DNA of 56,874 bases from a virus (lineage: Duplodnaviria; Caudoviricetes): IMG/VR virus record IMGVR_UViG_3300030108_003878, positions 1-56,874 of that record, one strand, 5' to 3'. The translations under genes and the position numbers were made by a program. Below are positions 55,831 through 56,874 of this stretch, one piece after another. The notes under the pieces are model-generated. The model made no database searches, was not told the origin of the DNA, and saw nothing but the letters and a program-made list of their open reading frames with translations. Position 1 is the first letter of the stretch. Every line of letters begins with the position of its first letter.

Positions 55831-55863
55831 TATAAAATTACTCACTTCACAAGTATTTTACAA
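55831..55863 (-). promoter_or_regulatory. Putative late promoter (class L) heading the late arm
   Basis: Minus strand TTGTAAA-N15-GTAATTTTATA. Confidence 0.65.
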
Positions 55864-55874
55864 TTTTTACTAAA

Positions 55875-55923
55875 GTGCGACGATAGGGTGCTATTATATT
55901 TATTTAATAACCTTTTGTCACAC
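55875..55923. repeat. Imperfect-palindrome site B, paired with site A at 525-573
   Basis: GCGACGATAG-N29-TGTCACAC; reverse complement matches site A at 36/49 positions by hand alignment. Confidence 0.75.
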
Positions 55924-56121
55924 TTCTCTAAAAAATCTATAAGATATTAAGAAATAATGGGTTGCGCATATGTATTTGACAATCAGCCACTTACACAAAG
56001 TTACATTTTAAAACACCACCCCCCTGTCTTTTTTTTTAATTATAAAAATATTTTTTGACTTTTTTTTAAAAATTACACACACTATTTAAAATTTTTTTAT
56101 ATATACTCTCTTGATCGTTTG

Positions 56122-56150
56122 CAAAAAAAATACGTAATCTATTTGATAAT
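56122..56150 (+). promoter_or_regulatory. Putative early promoter (class E)
   Basis: CAAAAAAAATACG-N10-GATAAT. Confidence 0.8.
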
Positions 56151-56174
56151 AATATAAATATTAAAATATATAAA

Positions 56175-56336
56175 ATGTTAAAAACATATAAAATAAAATA
56201 TAATAATGATTTAATAAAATATTTTAATACAAAAGATTTTGAAACTTTATTAAAATATATTAAAAATAAAAATAATATTATCTTAATAAAACAAACAAAT
56301 AAAATACCAAAAAACAAATACATAACAAAACTTTAA
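56175..56336 (+). CDS. Small early protein (53 aa)
   Basis: MLKTYKIKYNNDLIKYFNTK... directly after a class E promoter; extremely AT-rich. Confidence 0.45.
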   Translation: MLKTYKIKYNNDLIKYFNTKDFETLLKYIKNKNNIILIKQTNKIPKNKYITKL

Positions 56337-56346
56337 AATAAGAATA

Positions 56347-56496
56347 ATGAGAATACATAAAATTACAGACTGGGAGATTAAGCCATCAATAATAAAAGGT
56401 AAGTGGGAACTGTGGACCGAGCGAGGTGGCACTTGGTATCTGCATGACATTGCAGAGAATCACGTAAGGTTGTACAGACAAGCGTTGAGGTTCTGA
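56347..56496 (+). CDS. Small early protein (49 aa)
   Basis: MRIHKITDWEIKPSIIKGKWELWTERGGTWYLHDIAENHVRLYRQALRF*. Confidence 0.6.
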   Translation: MRIHKITDWEIKPSIIKGKWELWTERGGTWYLHDIAENHVRLYRQALRF

Positions 56497-56573
56497 GTGA
56501 GTTCCCGCGTTGGAACTTATAAAATCTCTAAACCTCTCGTTTGCTGGCGACCTCACGGCCAGGCGAAGCCTTG

Positions 56574-56602
56574 CAAAAAAAATACGCTCTTAGCTTGATA
56601 AT
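56574..56602 (+). promoter_or_regulatory. Putative early promoter (class E)
   Basis: CAAAAAAAATACG-N10-GATAAT. Confidence 0.8.
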
Positions 56603-56627
56603 ATAATAAACTTAAAATATATATACT

Positions 56628-56768
56628 ATGACTATTCAAATTTATGACCAAGACACTAATAATTATTTAGATTCAATTTATTTAAATGAAAAATCAAATA
56701 AAAAAGAAATTGAAAATAATATAAAAGAATATTATAATTTAAATAAAATATATTATTCGATAGCTTAA
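56628..56768 (+). CDS. Small early protein (46 aa)
   Basis: MTIQIYDQDTNNYLDSIYLNEK... after a class E promoter. Confidence 0.5.
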   Translation: MTIQIYDQDTNNYLDSIYLNEKSNKKEIENNIKEYYNLNKIYYSIA

Positions 56769-56775
56769 GCCCTTA

Positions 56776-56804
56776 CAAAATTAATACGTTTCAACACTGA
56801 TAAT
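56776..56804 (+). promoter_or_regulatory. Putative early promoter (class E)
   Basis: CAAAATTAATACG-N10-GATAAT. Confidence 0.8.
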
Positions 56805-56828
56805 ATAATAAATTTAAAATATAAAATT

Positions 56829-56874
56829 ATGTATAGATTTCCACAAACTTACACACAAAAACAAATTAAACAAT
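56829..56874 (+). CDS. Partial early protein (3' truncated)
   Basis: MYRFPQTYTQKQIKQ... after a class E promoter. Confidence 0.45.
   Translation, partial: MYRFPQTYTQKQIKQ

Noticed and set aside
56066-56323. 85-aa minus-strand hydrophobic ORF
   Set aside because: Antisense to an A-rich + strand ORF and runs across a class E promoter; likely a compositional artefact
56370-56530. Possible 6S-like or other stand-alone ncRNA
   Set aside because: A clean 49-aa ORF explains most of the region and I could not build a long continuous 6S-type hairpin; kept only as a low-level finding
56122-56804. CRISPR-like repeat array
   Set aside because: Spacing is irregular (about 200-450 nt), the intervals hold ORFs and there are no cas genes; better explained as promoters
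1-56874. Stop-codon reassignment, introns/inteins, tRNAs
   Set aside because: Core genes (TerL, capsid, RNR, helicase) are intact and of normal length in the standard code; no tRNA cloverleaf seen by eye (tRNAscan not run)

Overview
This window is about 57 kb of a very AT-rich dsDNA bacteriophage genome, probably most of it. It has podovirus-like gene order and crAss-like-related capsid, portal and terminase proteins; the host is likely Bacteroidota/Flavobacteriia (inferred). The + strand arm (56175-end and 1-11104) carries small early ORFs, an HTH/Rep-like protein, a sigma-70-like factor, ERF recombinase, exonuclease, SSB, primase-helicase, a thymidylate-synthase-family enzyme, MazG-like proteins, a resolvase and class I RNR. 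The - strand arm (11101-55801) carries lysis genes, small basic proteins, three ejection-type proteins, tail, capsid, portal, terminase, GroES/GroEL and tail fibres. I saw no DNA polymerase, RNA polymerase, integrase, tRNA or CRISPR array. Main hypotheses: (1) a sigma-70 region 2/3-like module sits next to a zincin protease inside the 2412-aa virion protein, and there are two classes of phage-specific bipartite promoters, suggesting a virion-delivered sigma followed by a second sigma; (2) the ThyA homologue has the Asn->Asp substitution that confers dCMP specificity and lies beside GIY-YIG-like and MazG-like genes, suggesting a cytosine-modification system; (3) two 47-49 bp sites share identical direct arms around an inverted core, one overlapping the start of the HTH/Rep-like gene. 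All protein calls come from motif recognition by eye, not database searches.
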